This document shows, piece by piece, positions 29,618 to 40,136 of a stretch of 62,612 nt of DNA; position 1 is the stretch's first letter, and each line of letters starts with the position of its first letter. Source of the DNA: Candidatus Fusicatenibacter merdavium (lineage in GTDB: Bacteria; Bacillota; Clostridia; Lachnospirales; Lachnospiraceae); NCBI GenBank assembly GCA_019115005.1, contig DXEK01000137.1, positions 1 through 62,612 of the forward strand, read 5' to 3'. A program made the position numbers and the translations under genes. The notes beneath the pieces were generated by a model. It made no database searches and was not told where the DNA came from. It saw only the letters and a program-made list of their open reading frames with translations.

Positions 29618-30682
29618 ATGGAAATCAGATTCGAAAAAAGAGAACAGCCGCTGGAGAAACCGGATCAGAAACATCTCGGCTTCGGTAAGTATTTCACCGA
29701 CTATATGTTTGTGATGGACTGGGACCAGGGACAGGAGTGGCATGATGCGCGTATCGTACCGTATGCGCCGATCGCCATGGACCCTGCGACGATGGTGCTT
29801 CACTATGCGCAGGAGACTTTTGAGGGACTGAAAGCGTACCGGACCGCAGAAGGAAAGGTTCAGCTGTTCCGCCCGGAGATGAATGCACGCCGTATGATCA
29901 AGTCCAATGAGCGTCTGTGTATGCCGGCGCTTCCGGAGGAGATGTTTGTGGAAGCGGTAAAAGAACTGGTGCGTGTTCAGGAAGACTGGGTACCGTCTGA
30001 GCCGGATACCTCTCTTTACATCCGTCCGTTCATGTTCGCGACAGAGTACAGCCTGGGCGTACATATGGCGAAATCCTATAAATTTGTGATTATCACAAGT
30101 CCGGTAGGTGCTTACTATCCGGAAGGCATCGATCCGGTAAAGATCCTTGTGGAAGATGAATATGTCCGTGCGGTACAGGGCGGCACCGGCTTTACAAAAT
30201 GCGGCGGAAACTATGCAAGTTCCATCGCCGGCCAGGTAAAAGCGGAGAAGATGGGATGTACCCAGGTTCTGTGGCTGGACGGTGTTCACCGCAAATATGT
30301 GGAGGAAGTCGGAACTATGAACATCATGTTCAAGATCGCCGGCGAGATCTACACTGCACCGCTGGAAGGAACGGTTCTTCCGGGTGTGACCCGTGATTCC
30401 CTGATCCACATTCTGAGAGACTGGGGATATAAAGTAAACGAGACGCATCTTTCGATCGACGACCTGATGAAAGCAGGCCATGACGGCACGCTGGAAGAGG
30501 CGTTCGGAACAGGAACTGCGGCCGTAGTATCACCGGTCGGAGAGCTGGTATACAAAGATGACAAAGTGACGGTCAACGACTTTAAGATCGGCGAACTGAC
30601 CCAGAAACTTTACGACACACTGACCGGTATTCAGTGGGGCCGTATCGAGGACAAGTATGGCTGGATCGTACCGGTAGATTGA
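29618..30682 (+). CDS. ilvE: Branched-chain amino acid aminotransferase
   Basis: LHYAQETFEGLKAY, LYIRP, KCGGNY, EEVGTMN, GTGTAA. Confidence 0.95.
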   Translation: MEIRFEKREQPLEKPDQKHLGFGKYFTDYMFVMDWDQGQEWHDARIVPYAPIAMDPATMVLHYAQETFEGLKAYRTAEGKVQLFRPEMNARRMIKSNERLCMPALPEEMFVEAVKELVRVQEDWVPSEPDTSLYIRPFMFATEYSLGVHMAKSYKFVIITSPVGAYYPEGIDPVKILVEDEYVRAVQGGTGFTKCGGNYASSIAGQVKAEKMGCTQVLWLDGVHRKYVEEVGTMNIMFKIAGEIYTAPLEGTVLPGVTRDSLIHILRDWGYKVNETHLSIDDLMKAGHDGTLEEAFGTGTAAVVSPVGELVYKDDKVTVNDFKIGELTQKLYDTLTGIQWGRIEDKYGWIVPVD

Positions 30683-30894
30683 TCCGGGCGGCAGCGCTGA
30701 ACAGAAAAGAGACGGAATGTTCTGTACAGACACCGGAAATGGTCTGTACAGAGCAGTCTGAACTGTCATAAATTTCCGATTTCACAGTTCTGTATCCGGA
30801 TACTCCGGGAAGGGAATTGTGGGATCGGAAATTTTTATGACTGCAGCCACAAGCCGTTGATAGGATAAGAAATCAGAATCAGAGAGGAAACTAC

Positions 30895-32421
30895 ATGAAT
30901 AATCAGGAACGTATGCCTCTGCTCGAGGCACTGGAAGCTTTCAGAGACGGATCTCCAGCCTATTTTCGCATTCCGGCACACCGCTTTCTGAGAGGACTGA
31001 ACCCGGCGCTGTGCGGGAAAGATCTGGCGGCTCTGGATCTGTCCGAGGCGGAGGGGCTGGATGATCTCCACCAGGCTTCCGGGCCGATCCGGGAAGCCCA
31101 GGATCTGGCCGCCGGACTGTTTCACGCCAGACAGACTTTTTTTCTCGTCAACGGAACTACCTGCGGCAATGAGGCGATGGTACTGTCCGCTGTCTGCGAG
31201 GGAGAAAAAATTATTGTCCCGAGAAATGTTCACAAATCGGTATTGATGGGACTGATCATGAGTGGAGCGACACCGGTCTATATTATGCCGGAATATCTGG
31301 AAGAATGGGATTTGTGGGGGAGCGTCACACCGGAGGCTGTCGAGGAAGCCTTTTGCCGGGAGCCGGAAAGCCGGGCGGTGCTTCTGGTCAGTCCGACCTA
31401 TTACGGGATCACCAGCGACCTGGAACGGATCGCCGGGATTTGCCGCCGGCACGGCGCGCTTCTTCTGGTGGATGAAGCGCACGGCTCTCATCTGTATTTC
31501 TCCGACCGTCTTCCCAAAGGTGCACTCGCCTGCGGCGCCGACGCAGTGGCGCAGAGCTTCCATAAGACTGCCGGCTCCTTTACTCAGAGTTCCCTGCTGC
31601 ATCTGGGAACGGACCGGATCGACAGTCAGAGAGTGGCAGAGAATCTCCATCTGGTACAAAGTACTTCTCCGTCGTATCTGCTGATGGCATCCCTGGACGC
31701 CGCGAGAAGAGAACTGGCGGTGAACGGAACGGCGATGATGGAAAAAGCGCTCCGGCTTGCACGGCAGGCGCAGGAGGGACTGGAAAAGATTCCGGGAGTC
31801 CGTGTACTGGACGACCAGGCAGCGGGCGTTCCGGCCATGTTTGACAAAGACGCCACCCGGCTGGTCTTTTCCGCATCCGATGCAGGGATCTCCGGTTACC
31901 GTCTGGGAGAACTTCTCTATGAACGCTTTCGCGTCAGTCCCGAACTGACTGACGAAGAGAACGTAGTGGCCGTCATCACTTTTGCCAATGAACCGGAGGA
32001 CGTCAGCCGTCTGGTGAAAGGAGTGGAGACGCTGGCCGGCGAAAGTCTCGCGGCGGGGACCGCCAGCGGCAGTGTACCTCAAAAGGAAAGAGTGGAAGAT
32101 CCGGATCGGAAAGCGGGACGGGAGTTCCAGATCTTTTCGATGCCGCGGCAGGCGATGACGCCGCGGGAGGCATATTTTTCACAGACATGGGAGACACTCC
32201 CTCTGGAAGAAACCGCAGGGAGAGTTACAAAAGAGATGGTGGTTCCTTATCCGCCCGGAATTCCACTTCTCTGTCCGGGAGAGATCGTCACCGGCGAACA
32301 CATCCGTGCGATCCAAAAATATCGGGAAGCGCGCTGTGAATTCCACGGAACTGCCGACAGGACCGTAAAGACCCTGCGGGTCATGGCGGTTACAGGCACG
32401 GCGAAGCGTTCGGCCGGCTGA
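30895..32421 (+). CDS. Orn/Lys/Arg decarboxylase family (PLP)
   Basis: LVNGTT, DEAHG, QSFHK, STSPSY, PYPPGIP. Confidence 0.9.
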   Translation: MNNQERMPLLEALEAFRDGSPAYFRIPAHRFLRGLNPALCGKDLAALDLSEAEGLDDLHQASGPIREAQDLAAGLFHARQTFFLVNGTTCGNEAMVLSAVCEGEKIIVPRNVHKSVLMGLIMSGATPVYIMPEYLEEWDLWGSVTPEAVEEAFCREPESRAVLLVSPTYYGITSDLERIAGICRRHGALLLVDEAHGSHLYFSDRLPKGALACGADAVAQSFHKTAGSFTQSSLLHLGTDRIDSQRVAENLHLVQSTSPSYLLMASLDAARRELAVNGTAMMEKALRLARQAQEGLEKIPGVRVLDDQAAGVPAMFDKDATRLVFSASDAGISGYRLGELLYERFRVSPELTDEENVVAVITFANEPEDVSRLVKGVETLAGESLAAGTASGSVPQKERVEDPDRKAGREFQIFSMPRQAMTPREAYFSQTWETLPLEETAGRVTKEMVVPYPPGIPLLCPGEIVTGEHIRAIQKYREARCEFHGTADRTVKTLRVMAVTGTAKRSAG

Positions 32422-32429
32422 ACGCTTCG
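32402..32429. repeat. 11-6-11 palindrome variant containing the stop codon
   Basis: CGAAGCGTTCG-GCCGGC-TGAACGCTTCG. Confidence 0.6.
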
Positions 32430-32567
32430 CCGACAGGTTTCTTTTTGTAAAAAAGGTTTTATTCCATAGATTTCTATGCTATAATTAAAAATGTATTATT
32501 GTCTGAAAACTCAGACGAGTGTGTACAGTTCACAGCATAAGATAGATCAAAATAACAGGAGGAACAG

Positions 32568-33326
32568 ATGAAACTTATTTCGTGGAATGTGAATGGCCTG
32601 CGCGCTTGTGTGACCAAAGGATTTCTTGAATATTTTAAAGAAGCCGATGCGGATATCTTTTGTATTCAGGAGACAAAACTGCAGGAAGGCCAGATCGAAC
32701 TGGATCTTCCCGGATATTACCAGTACTGGAATTACGCAGAGAGAAAAGGATATTCCGGAACCGCAGTTTTCACCAAAAAGGAGCCGCTGAGCGTCGCTTA
32801 CGGGATCGGAATTCCGGAACATGATAAGGAAGGACGTGTCATCACCCTGGAATTCCCCGAGTTTTATCTGGTTACTGTCTATACGCCCAATTCTCAGAAT
32901 GAACTGGCCCGGCTGGATTACAGGATGGAGTGGGAGGACGCGTTCCTCTCCTACCTGAAAAAACTGGAAGAAAAACGGCCGGTGATTTTTTGCGGAGACC
33001 TGAACGTCGCCCACAAAGAAATAGATCTGAAAAATCCAAAGACAAATCATAAAAATGCAGGATTTACCGATGAGGAGCGCGGTAAATTCACAGTGCTTCT
33101 GGAAAACGGATTTATCGATACCTTTCGGTATTTTTATCCGGATCAGGAACAGATTTATTCCTGGTGGTCCTACCGTTTTTCTGCCCGGGCGAAGAATGCC
33201 GGATGGCGGATTGACTATTTTTGCGTGTCAGAAGATCTGGAGGCACGTCTGGAGGACGCAAAGATCCATACGGAGGTGTTAGGTTCGGATCACTGTCCTG
33301 TGGAACTGGATCTGAAGGAAGCGTAG
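32568..33326 (+). CDS. xth: Exodeoxyribonuclease III
   Basis: [31 protein letters not shown]. Confidence 0.95.
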   Translation: MKLISWNVNGLRACVTKGFLEYFKEADADIFCIQETKLQEGQIELDLPGYYQYWNYAERKGYSGTAVFTKKEPLSVAYGIGIPEHDKEGRVITLEFPEFYLVTVYTPNSQNELARLDYRMEWEDAFLSYLKKLEEKRPVIFCGDLNVAHKEIDLKNPKTNHKNAGFTDEERGKFTVLLENGFIDTFRYFYPDQEQIYSWWSYRFSARAKNAGWRIDYFCVSEDLEARLEDAKIHTEVLGSDHCPVELDLKEA

Positions 33327-33471
33327 ATCCGGCAGGCCGGATCCGGGCAAGTATGGAGATCACCGGCAGGCCAAAGACTTTTAAGGAATGACGTAAAACA
33401 GAAATGGCTGAAAAATACAACAGAACACCCCTGGATTATCCGGGGTCGAAGGGAAAGGCAGGTAGAGAAGG

Positions 33472-35340
33472 ATGAGTACAGGAATGAGAAACCTCCATGT
33501 GGAACCGGGAAATCCGGCGCTCTGGGGCGCGGTGCAGACGATGGAAGGATGTAATTTTACTGTGGCGGTACCGGAGGGAAAGGAAGCAAGCCTGCTGTTA
33601 TATAAAAAAAGGCGGAAGGACGTCTGGCAGGAGATCCCGCTGCGGGAAGAAGACCGGATCGGAAATGTCAGCAGCGTACTGGTAAAGGGCCTTACTGCCG
33701 AGACATTCGCGTATAATTACAGGATCGACGGGAAAGTTCAGCAGGATATCAATACGAGAGAACTGTACGGACGGGAAAAATTCGGCCAGAAGATGCCGGA
33801 AAACCCCGACAGTATCGCATCTGTGATACCTGAGACTCCTGTGATGAAGACACGGCCTTTGAAGCTGCCTTATGAACAGATGGTGCTGTATAAGACGCAT
33901 GTGCGCGGATTTACCAGGGACTCCGGTTCGAAAGTCCGGGCGAAGGGAACCTTCCGGGGCGTCATCGAGAAAATCCCGTATCTGAAAGAACTGGGGATCA
34001 ATGCTCTGGAGCTGATGCCGGTCTATGAGTTCTTTGAGACTCCGGAGACGGAAGTGCTCAGGATTCCGGATGAGAATGGAGTTCTGTGTGATGTGGAACA
34101 TCAGGAAAGAGTCAATTATTGGGGATACGCTTCCAGGGCGCTGTATTTTGCCCCCAAGGAATCGTACTCCGCGACGGATCGCCCAGTGCAGGAATTTGCG
34201 GAACTTGTGGATGCACTCCATGAAGCGGGCATTGAATGTATCCTGGAGTTTTATTTCGGACCGGAGCTGTCGACCTATTTTATCCTGAATGTCCTTCATT
34301 ACTGGCAGCTTACGTTTGGCGTGGACGGTTTCCATCTGATCGGTGAAGGGGCAAAGGTGGAGGAGATCGTGAAAGACGATCTTCTGAAAAAGACGAAGCT
34401 GATCTTTGTAGGATTTGACGCTGCCGGCATATATGGCGGAAGTGTACCGCGCTGCCGGAGCCTCGGGGAACATAATCAGGGATATGAGGAGATGATGCGG
34501 CGCTACCTGAAAGGGGATGAGGGCTGTATCAGCGGTTTCACCTATTATCTCAGGAAGAATCCGGCGACCCACGGAGTGATTAATTTTTTTGCCGATCACG
34601 ATGGATTTACGATGGCGGATATGGTTTCCTACGACAGAAAGCATAATATGGAAAACGGTGATGACAATACGGACGGAAGCAGCAGGAATTACAGCTGGAA
34701 TTGTGGCGCCGAGGGCGCTACGAGGAGAAAAGCTGTGCTGCATCTCAGGATGCAGCAGCTGAAAAACGCGTATCTGATGCTGATGACCAGCCAGGGAACC
34801 CCGATGATCTACGGCGGCGATGAGTTTCTGAACAGCCAGAAGGGAAATAACAATGCCTGGTGTCAGGACAACCGGATCGGATGGATCAACTGGAAGAACG
34901 GAAAAGACGGACAGGAACTTCTGGAATTTGTAAAGCATGCGATACAGTTCCGCAAAGAGCATCCCGTTCTTCACGGTTCCAGGGAACCGAGGCTGATGGA
35001 TTATAAAGGGGTCGGATGTCCGGATCTCTCTTACCACAGCCAGAGAGCGTGGTTTTCCCAGATGGAAAATACCTGCCGGTTTATCGGCGTTATGTACTGC
35101 GGCGATTATGCTGAGAAGGAAAATGGGGAAACGGATGATTATCTCTATGTGGGATTCAATATGCACTGGAATTCCCATGAGCTGGCGCTTCCGTCTCTTC
35201 CCGAAAAATGTATCTGGCGGAAAGTGGCCGATACCAGCCTGGAGAAAAGCTTTCTCGGGGATGAGGCAGAAGTGGTGGAGGGAAAGAGCATCGTTGTCTC
35301 GCCGCGCTCGGCGGTGATCTTAGTTGGAAGGCAGGAGTAA
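33472..35340 (+). CDS. GlgX/isoamylase-like GH13 protein with degenerate catalytic motifs
   Basis: HVRGFT, ELMPV, NYWGY, HDGFT, QGTPM..GDE, GNNNAWCQDN. Confidence 0.85.
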   Translation: MSTGMRNLHVEPGNPALWGAVQTMEGCNFTVAVPEGKEASLLLYKKRRKDVWQEIPLREEDRIGNVSSVLVKGLTAETFAYNYRIDGKVQQDINTRELYGREKFGQKMPENPDSIASVIPETPVMKTRPLKLPYEQMVLYKTHVRGFTRDSGSKVRAKGTFRGVIEKIPYLKELGINALELMPVYEFFETPETEVLRIPDENGVLCDVEHQERVNYWGYASRALYFAPKESYSATDRPVQEFAELVDALHEAGIECILEFYFGPELSTYFILNVLHYWQLTFGVDGFHLIGEGAKVEEIVKDDLLKKTKLIFVGFDAAGIYGGSVPRCRSLGEHNQGYEEMMRRYLKGDEGCISGFTYYLRKNPATHGVINFFADHDGFTMADMVSYDRKHNMENGDDNTDGSSRNYSWNCGAEGATRRKAVLHLRMQQLKNAYLMLMTSQGTPMIYGGDEFLNSQKGNNNAWCQDNRIGWINWKNGKDGQELLEFVKHAIQFRKEHPVLHGSREPRLMDYKGVGCPDLSYHSQRAWFSQMENTCRFIGVMYCGDYAEKENGETDDYLYVGFNMHWNSHELALPSLPEKCIWRKVADTSLEKSFLGDEAEVVEGKSIVVSPRSAVILVGRQE

Positions 35341-35344
35341 AAAG

Positions 35345-35893
35345 ATGCATCCATGGAAACACTTTGAGACGATTACGAAACATAAACTTCTGGTGTTGCG
35401 TTATTGTTTCCGCATCGGTCTTTATAAACAGGGACTGCTGCACGATCTGTCCAAGTATTCACCGACAGAATTTCTTGTGGGGGCGAAATATTATCAGGGT
35501 AGCCGCAGTCCCAACAATGCGGAGCGGGAGGCGACGGGCTTGTCGACCTCCTGGCTGCATCACAAAGGGAGAAATAAACATCATTTTGAGTACTGGATCG
35601 ATTACGGGATCAACTGCAACACTGTGATCGAGGGCGTTCCGATGCCCAGAAAGTATGTGGCGGAAATGATCATGGACCGTATCAGTGCGTCCAGAGTCTA
35701 TCTGGGCGACCGTTATACGGACCGGGCGCCTTATGAGTACTATAGAAAGAGCAAAGAACATCTGTGGTTTGTACATCCGCGTACCAGACGACAGCTGGAA
35801 TTTTTGCTTCACATGCTGGCGGTGAAAGGTGAAAAAAAGACGCTGGCTTATATCCGTTATAAATTCTTGAAAGAAGAGCGGGGGACATCATAA
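35345..35893 (+). CDS. DUF5662-like HD-type protein
   Basis: GLLHDLSKY, WLHHKGRNKHH, EMIMDR. Confidence 0.7.
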   Translation: MHPWKHFETITKHKLLVLRYCFRIGLYKQGLLHDLSKYSPTEFLVGAKYYQGSRSPNNAEREATGLSTSWLHHKGRNKHHFEYWIDYGINCNTVIEGVPMPRKYVAEMIMDRISASRVYLGDRYTDRAPYEYYRKSKEHLWFVHPRTRRQLEFLLHMLAVKGEKKTLAYIRYKFLKEERGTS

Positions 35894-35911
35894 AAGGAGT
35901 ACGACAGAACG

Positions 35912-37984
35912 ATGGTGCGACTGTATGAAAAACTGAAATCCGGGGGGAAGGCCAGGGCTGCCTGTGCGGGATGGATCCTGTACTGGGGCGTAGCCCTGGG
36001 CCTTCTTCTTTTTGAAAAGGAAACGATCATCGGGACTGCGCAGGCGGACCGGAAGATTTATATTCCGGTTTTCGCGGCGGCGGTCATTTTATGTTTTGCG
36101 GGATGGATCCTGACAATGGTGCGTTTTGCGCGCGCGACAGAAAAGAAAAAAAATCCGAAATTGTTGAATATAAAGCTGATCGTTCCGATGCTGCTGAATG
36201 CGGTGTATCTTTTTTTTGAGATCGAATATATCGGAAATACGGAATTTTTCGAGATGGAATGGTATTACATGCTGCTGAATGTAGGTGTGATCTTTCTTTT
36301 TTGTGTTTTCCTGACAGGGATTTTTAATTCCCTGAAACGGGCGATGATCTTTCTGAACATTTTTTACTATCTCATGAGCCTTGTTTTTTATTACGTCTAT
36401 CATTTTCGCGGCGAGGCTTTTCAGCTGATCGACCTGTACAGCATCGGGACTGCCGCAGAGGTTGTCGGAGGGTATGAGTTCAACATCACCCGCCAGATGG
36501 TCCTGATGCTTGTGGGGACGATGGTGATCCTGAGCCTCTGGAAGCAGAGCAGAAACCGGGTGCTGATCCGGAAAGGGGTCCTGCCAAAGATTCTCCTCCG
36601 GGTGATCACAGCGCTGGCGGTCGGGATCTTTTATCTTCTTTATATGTATCTGAACTGGAATGCGCAGTTTGGAGTGATCAGTGATCTCTGGAATCCCGCG
36701 AAGACTTACCGGCAATACGGAACCACAGTAGGGTTTATGGCAGTGGCGAAATATATGAGACTGACGCCGCCGGACGGTTACTCTGCTTCTGAGGTGGAAC
36801 GGATCATAGATGAGTTTGAAAACGGGGAAGAAGTGGAGGATAGTGATGCCGGTGCGGAGCAGGAAAGCGACAGTCAGACCGTGACTCCGGTGAACATCAT
36901 TGCGATCATGAATGAATCCTGGTTTGATTACCGGACGATCGGGGATCCGCAGACCAGCGAAGATTATATGCCGTTCCTGGATTCCCTGATGGACAATATC
37001 ATCAAGGGGCATACGCTGACCTGTACCAAGGGAGGAGGTACGGCAAAAACAGAGTACGAGTTCCTGACGGGAAATTCCTGCAAGCGTTTTCCCGGTATGG
37101 TGCCTTATGTTAGTTATTTTACCCACAGCCAGTATTCTATCGTCTCGACACTGAAAGACCAGGGATACCGCGCTGTTGCCATGCACCCGAACAAAGCTAC
37201 AAACTGGAAAAGGACAACTGCTTACCGCTTCCTGGATTTTGACGAATTCATAGCGATCGACCAGTTCCCCGCAGACGCCGAGAGGTACCGGAATATGATC
37301 AGCGACCGGGCCAATTATGAAGAGATCATCCGGGTTTTTGAGGAAAAGGAGAAGGGGGAACCGTTGTTCCTGTTCGACGTCACCATGCAGAACCACAGCG
37401 GATACACCAACAAATATTTTCAGGCGGACGTCACCTGCGAGGGATACGACTGTGATGAGGCTGATCAGTATTTCTCCCTGCTGAAGCTGTCTGATGAAGC
37501 CATTGAATACTTGATCACATATTTTGAGCAGGTGGAGGAGCCGACAATGATCGTGATGTTCGGAGACCATTCGCCCAAGCTTCCGGACGATTTTGAGACC
37601 TGGATCGCCGGATATCCGTATGATAATCTTTCCATCGGAACCCAGGAGAAATTTTATGGGACGCCGTTCTTTATCTGGACGAACTATGAGATGGAGAGCA
37701 AAGAAAACGTGTGGACGAGCACCAATTTTCTTTCCTCGTATCTGCTGAGTCTGACAGGCCTTGAACTGACGCCTTATAATGAATATTTGCTGAAACTTCA
37801 GGAGGAAATCCTGGCGTTGAACCATCTGGGATATATGGATTCCAGCGGAAGATGGCACCGCTGGGAAGATGCAGATAGCGAAACTCTGGAACTGGAAAGA
37901 GAATATGAATGCCTCCAGTACAATGAACTGATGGATAGCCAGAACAGAGTGGATGAATTTTTTCAGATAAAACAGACAGAATAA
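35912..37984 (+). CDS. LTA synthase family (sulfatase-like) membrane protein
   Basis: N-terminal TMs; IMNES, GGTAKTEYEFLTG, TMQNH, FGDH. Confidence 0.9.
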   Translation: MVRLYEKLKSGGKARAACAGWILYWGVALGLLLFEKETIIGTAQADRKIYIPVFAAAVILCFAGWILTMVRFARATEKKKNPKLLNIKLIVPMLLNAVYLFFEIEYIGNTEFFEMEWYYMLLNVGVIFLFCVFLTGIFNSLKRAMIFLNIFYYLMSLVFYYVYHFRGEAFQLIDLYSIGTAAEVVGGYEFNITRQMVLMLVGTMVILSLWKQSRNRVLIRKGVLPKILLRVITALAVGIFYLLYMYLNWNAQFGVISDLWNPAKTYRQYGTTVGFMAVAKYMRLTPPDGYSASEVERIIDEFENGEEVEDSDAGAEQESDSQTVTPVNIIAIMNESWFDYRTIGDPQTSEDYMPFLDSLMDNIIKGHTLTCTKGGGTAKTEYEFLTGNSCKRFPGMVPYVSYFTHSQYSIVSTLKDQGYRAVAMHPNKATNWKRTTAYRFLDFDEFIAIDQFPADAERYRNMISDRANYEEIIRVFEEKEKGEPLFLFDVTMQNHSGYTNKYFQADVTCEGYDCDEADQYFSLLKLSDEAIEYLITYFEQVEEPTMIVMFGDHSPKLPDDFETWIAGYPYDNLSIGTQEKFYGTPFFIWTNYEMESKENVWTSTNFLSSYLLSLTGLELTPYNEYLLKLQEEILALNHLGYMDSSGRWHRWEDADSETLELEREYECLQYNELMDSQNRVDEFFQIKQTE

Positions 37985-38064
37985 AGAAAAAGAGACAAGG
38001 ATCAATACCTCGCAGCCTGCTGCGGGGTATTTCATTTGCGTGAAACACCCGGCAAGCGTCTGAA

Positions 38065-38102
38065 TGTTAAATGTATGTAAAATTATGTTAAGAATATGTA
38101 TA
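38065..38102. promoter_or_regulatory. Putative Pho boxes
   Basis: TGTTAA 38065, TGTAAA 38076, TGTTAA 38086, TGTATA 38097 upstream of a phosphate transporter. Confidence 0.55.
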
Positions 38103-38181
38103 AGAACTTGAAAAATATTAAAAAATTCGCTATAAAAATAAAGAACATGTAAAATTTAGGAAAAATATGGAGGGTGAAAAT

Positions 38182-39831
38182 TTGAAGATCACAGATTTCT
38201 TCAGTCTTCTCGGAGGTCTGGCTTTGTTTCTGTATGGAATGCAGATGATGAGCAACGGGCTGGAAGCGGCGGCTGGAAACAAGATGAAGCAGATTTTGGA
38301 AAAACTGACGGCCAACCGCTTTCTTGGGGTATTGGTCGGCGCGGTGATCACCGCAGTCATCCAGTCCTCATCCGCGACCACGGTCATGGTCGTAGGATTT
38401 GTCAATTCCGGAATGATGACGCTGCGCCAGGCAGTCTGGATCATTATGGGTGCCAACATCGGAACGACGATCACAGGACAGCTGATCGCTCTGGATGTAG
38501 GAGCGATCGCTCCGCTGTTTGCTTTTCTCGGCGTAGCGCTGATCGTCTTTATTAAGAAGCAGCGCGTTCATTATTACGGTCTGATCGTGGCCGGGCTCGG
38601 TATCCTTTTTATCGGAATGGATATGATGAGTTCTTCGATGATGCCTCTTCGGGAATCGGAAGCTTTTGCGTCGCTTATGACGAATTTTTCCAACCCGCTG
38701 CTGGGTATTCTTGCCGGAATGATCTTTACGGCGATCATCCAGTCGTCCTCAGCGTCCGTCGGAATTTTGCAGGCGCTGGCGACAAGCGGTCTGATCGGAC
38801 TGCCGAGTGCGGTATACGTATTATTTGGCCAAAATATCGGTACCTGCATCACAGCGGTCCTGGCGGCGATCGGAACCAACCGGAATGCGAAGCGGACAAC
38901 GATCATTCATCTGATGTTCAATATCATCGGAACCGTGTTGTTTACTATCATCTGTATGACGACACCGCTGACGTCGCTGATCGAGAGTCTGACGCCGGGC
39001 AGAGTGGCGGCGCAGATCGCCAATATGCATACGCTGTTTAACATTGTGACGACGCTGCTTCTCCTGCCGTTTGGAAATTATCTCGCTCTGCTTGCGACAA
39101 AGATCCTGCCGGAGAAGAAAGAAGAGCAGATCGACGTCATGCATCTGGAGTACATCCGTCCGGTCGAAAAGAAGAGAGAACATCAGATCGGAAGTTCAGC
39201 AATCATGACCAACGAGATCCGCGGCGAACTTTCCCGTATGATGCAGATGGCGAAGGAGAATGTCAATGCCAGCTTTGACGCCGTGCGCGCCGGGAATGCG
39301 GCGCTGCTCCCCCAGGTGGAGGAACGGGAAGAATATATTGACTACTTAAATAAGGAAATCTCCAAATACATTTCCAAAGTACTGGTCAACGAAAAGAACC
39401 CGAAGGATTCTCAGTATATCAGCGCACTGTTCAAAGTATGCGGAAATCTGGAACGGATCGGAGATCACGCGGTAAACATCTGTGAATATACGCAGAAAAT
39501 GGAAGAAAAGAAAATTTCATTTTCACCGGCGGTTTCCGATGAGATCACAGAGATGCAGAAAATCAGCAACCAGGCGCTGGAGACGCTGCAGACGATACAG
39601 AGTGACGGAAATGATCCGGAACTGGCGCTGAAAAAGATCGAGGATCTGGAACAGAAGTTTGACGATATGACCGAAGATTACCGGAAAGCGCAGATCGACC
39701 GGATGCAGACCGGAAAATGTTCCGATGAGGCATGTATCCTGTACTCGGAGATGCTGACAGATTTTGAACGGATCGGAGATCACATTCTGAACATCGGCCA
39801 GGAAATGGGCCTTGGGAAGGTGAGCGAGTAG
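38182..39831 (+). CDS. Na+/Pi cotransporter with PhoU domains
   Basis: Two QSSSA repeats, GANIGTT, ERIGDH twice. Confidence 0.93.
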   Translation: MKITDFFSLLGGLALFLYGMQMMSNGLEAAAGNKMKQILEKLTANRFLGVLVGAVITAVIQSSSATTVMVVGFVNSGMMTLRQAVWIIMGANIGTTITGQLIALDVGAIAPLFAFLGVALIVFIKKQRVHYYGLIVAGLGILFIGMDMMSSSMMPLRESEAFASLMTNFSNPLLGILAGMIFTAIIQSSSASVGILQALATSGLIGLPSAVYVLFGQNIGTCITAVLAAIGTNRNAKRTTIIHLMFNIIGTVLFTIICMTTPLTSLIESLTPGRVAAQIANMHTLFNIVTTLLLLPFGNYLALLATKILPEKKEEQIDVMHLEYIRPVEKKREHQIGSSAIMTNEIRGELSRMMQMAKENVNASFDAVRAGNAALLPQVEEREEYIDYLNKEISKYISKVLVNEKNPKDSQYISALFKVCGNLERIGDHAVNICEYTQKMEEKKISFSPAVSDEITEMQKISNQALETLQTIQSDGNDPELALKKIEDLEQKFDDMTEDYRKAQIDRMQTGKCSDEACILYSEMLTDFERIGDHILNIGQEMGLGKVSE

Positions 39832-39936
39832 GAAGCTAAGTGTATGGCTGCACCTGTACGGCAGCAGACCGTGTGAAAACATAGTGCCTGCGGGCATCCG
39901 GCCCATCGCGAAGCGATTCTCAATGGCTGGATGCCG

Positions 39937-39964
39937 GTTACCGTTCCGCTGGCGGAACGGTAAC
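39937..39964. repeat. Perfect 11-6-11 palindrome with compensatory changes
   Basis: GTTACCGTTCC-GCTGGC-GGAACGGTAAC. Confidence 0.75.
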
Positions 39965-40074
39965 CCTGTGCAGGAAATGATTTGGAAAATTATATTGAAA
40001 GGCTTATTTTTCTATGGTAGAATGGGAACTTGTAAGCATTAACCGAGCTGATAAGAAATGAAAGAGGTATAAAC

Positions 40075-40131
40075 TTTGGAAGTAAGCTTCCAAATCTACT
40101 TTGATGGCGCAGCAAGTGCGTCAGGAGGAGG
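40075..40131 (+). repeat. Two-hairpin RBS-proximal module, copy B
   Basis: TTTGGAAG-TAAG-CTTCCAAA, 10 nt, TGGCGCA-GCAAG-TGCGTCA, GGAGGAGG. Confidence 0.75.
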
Positions 40132-40136
40132 AAAAA

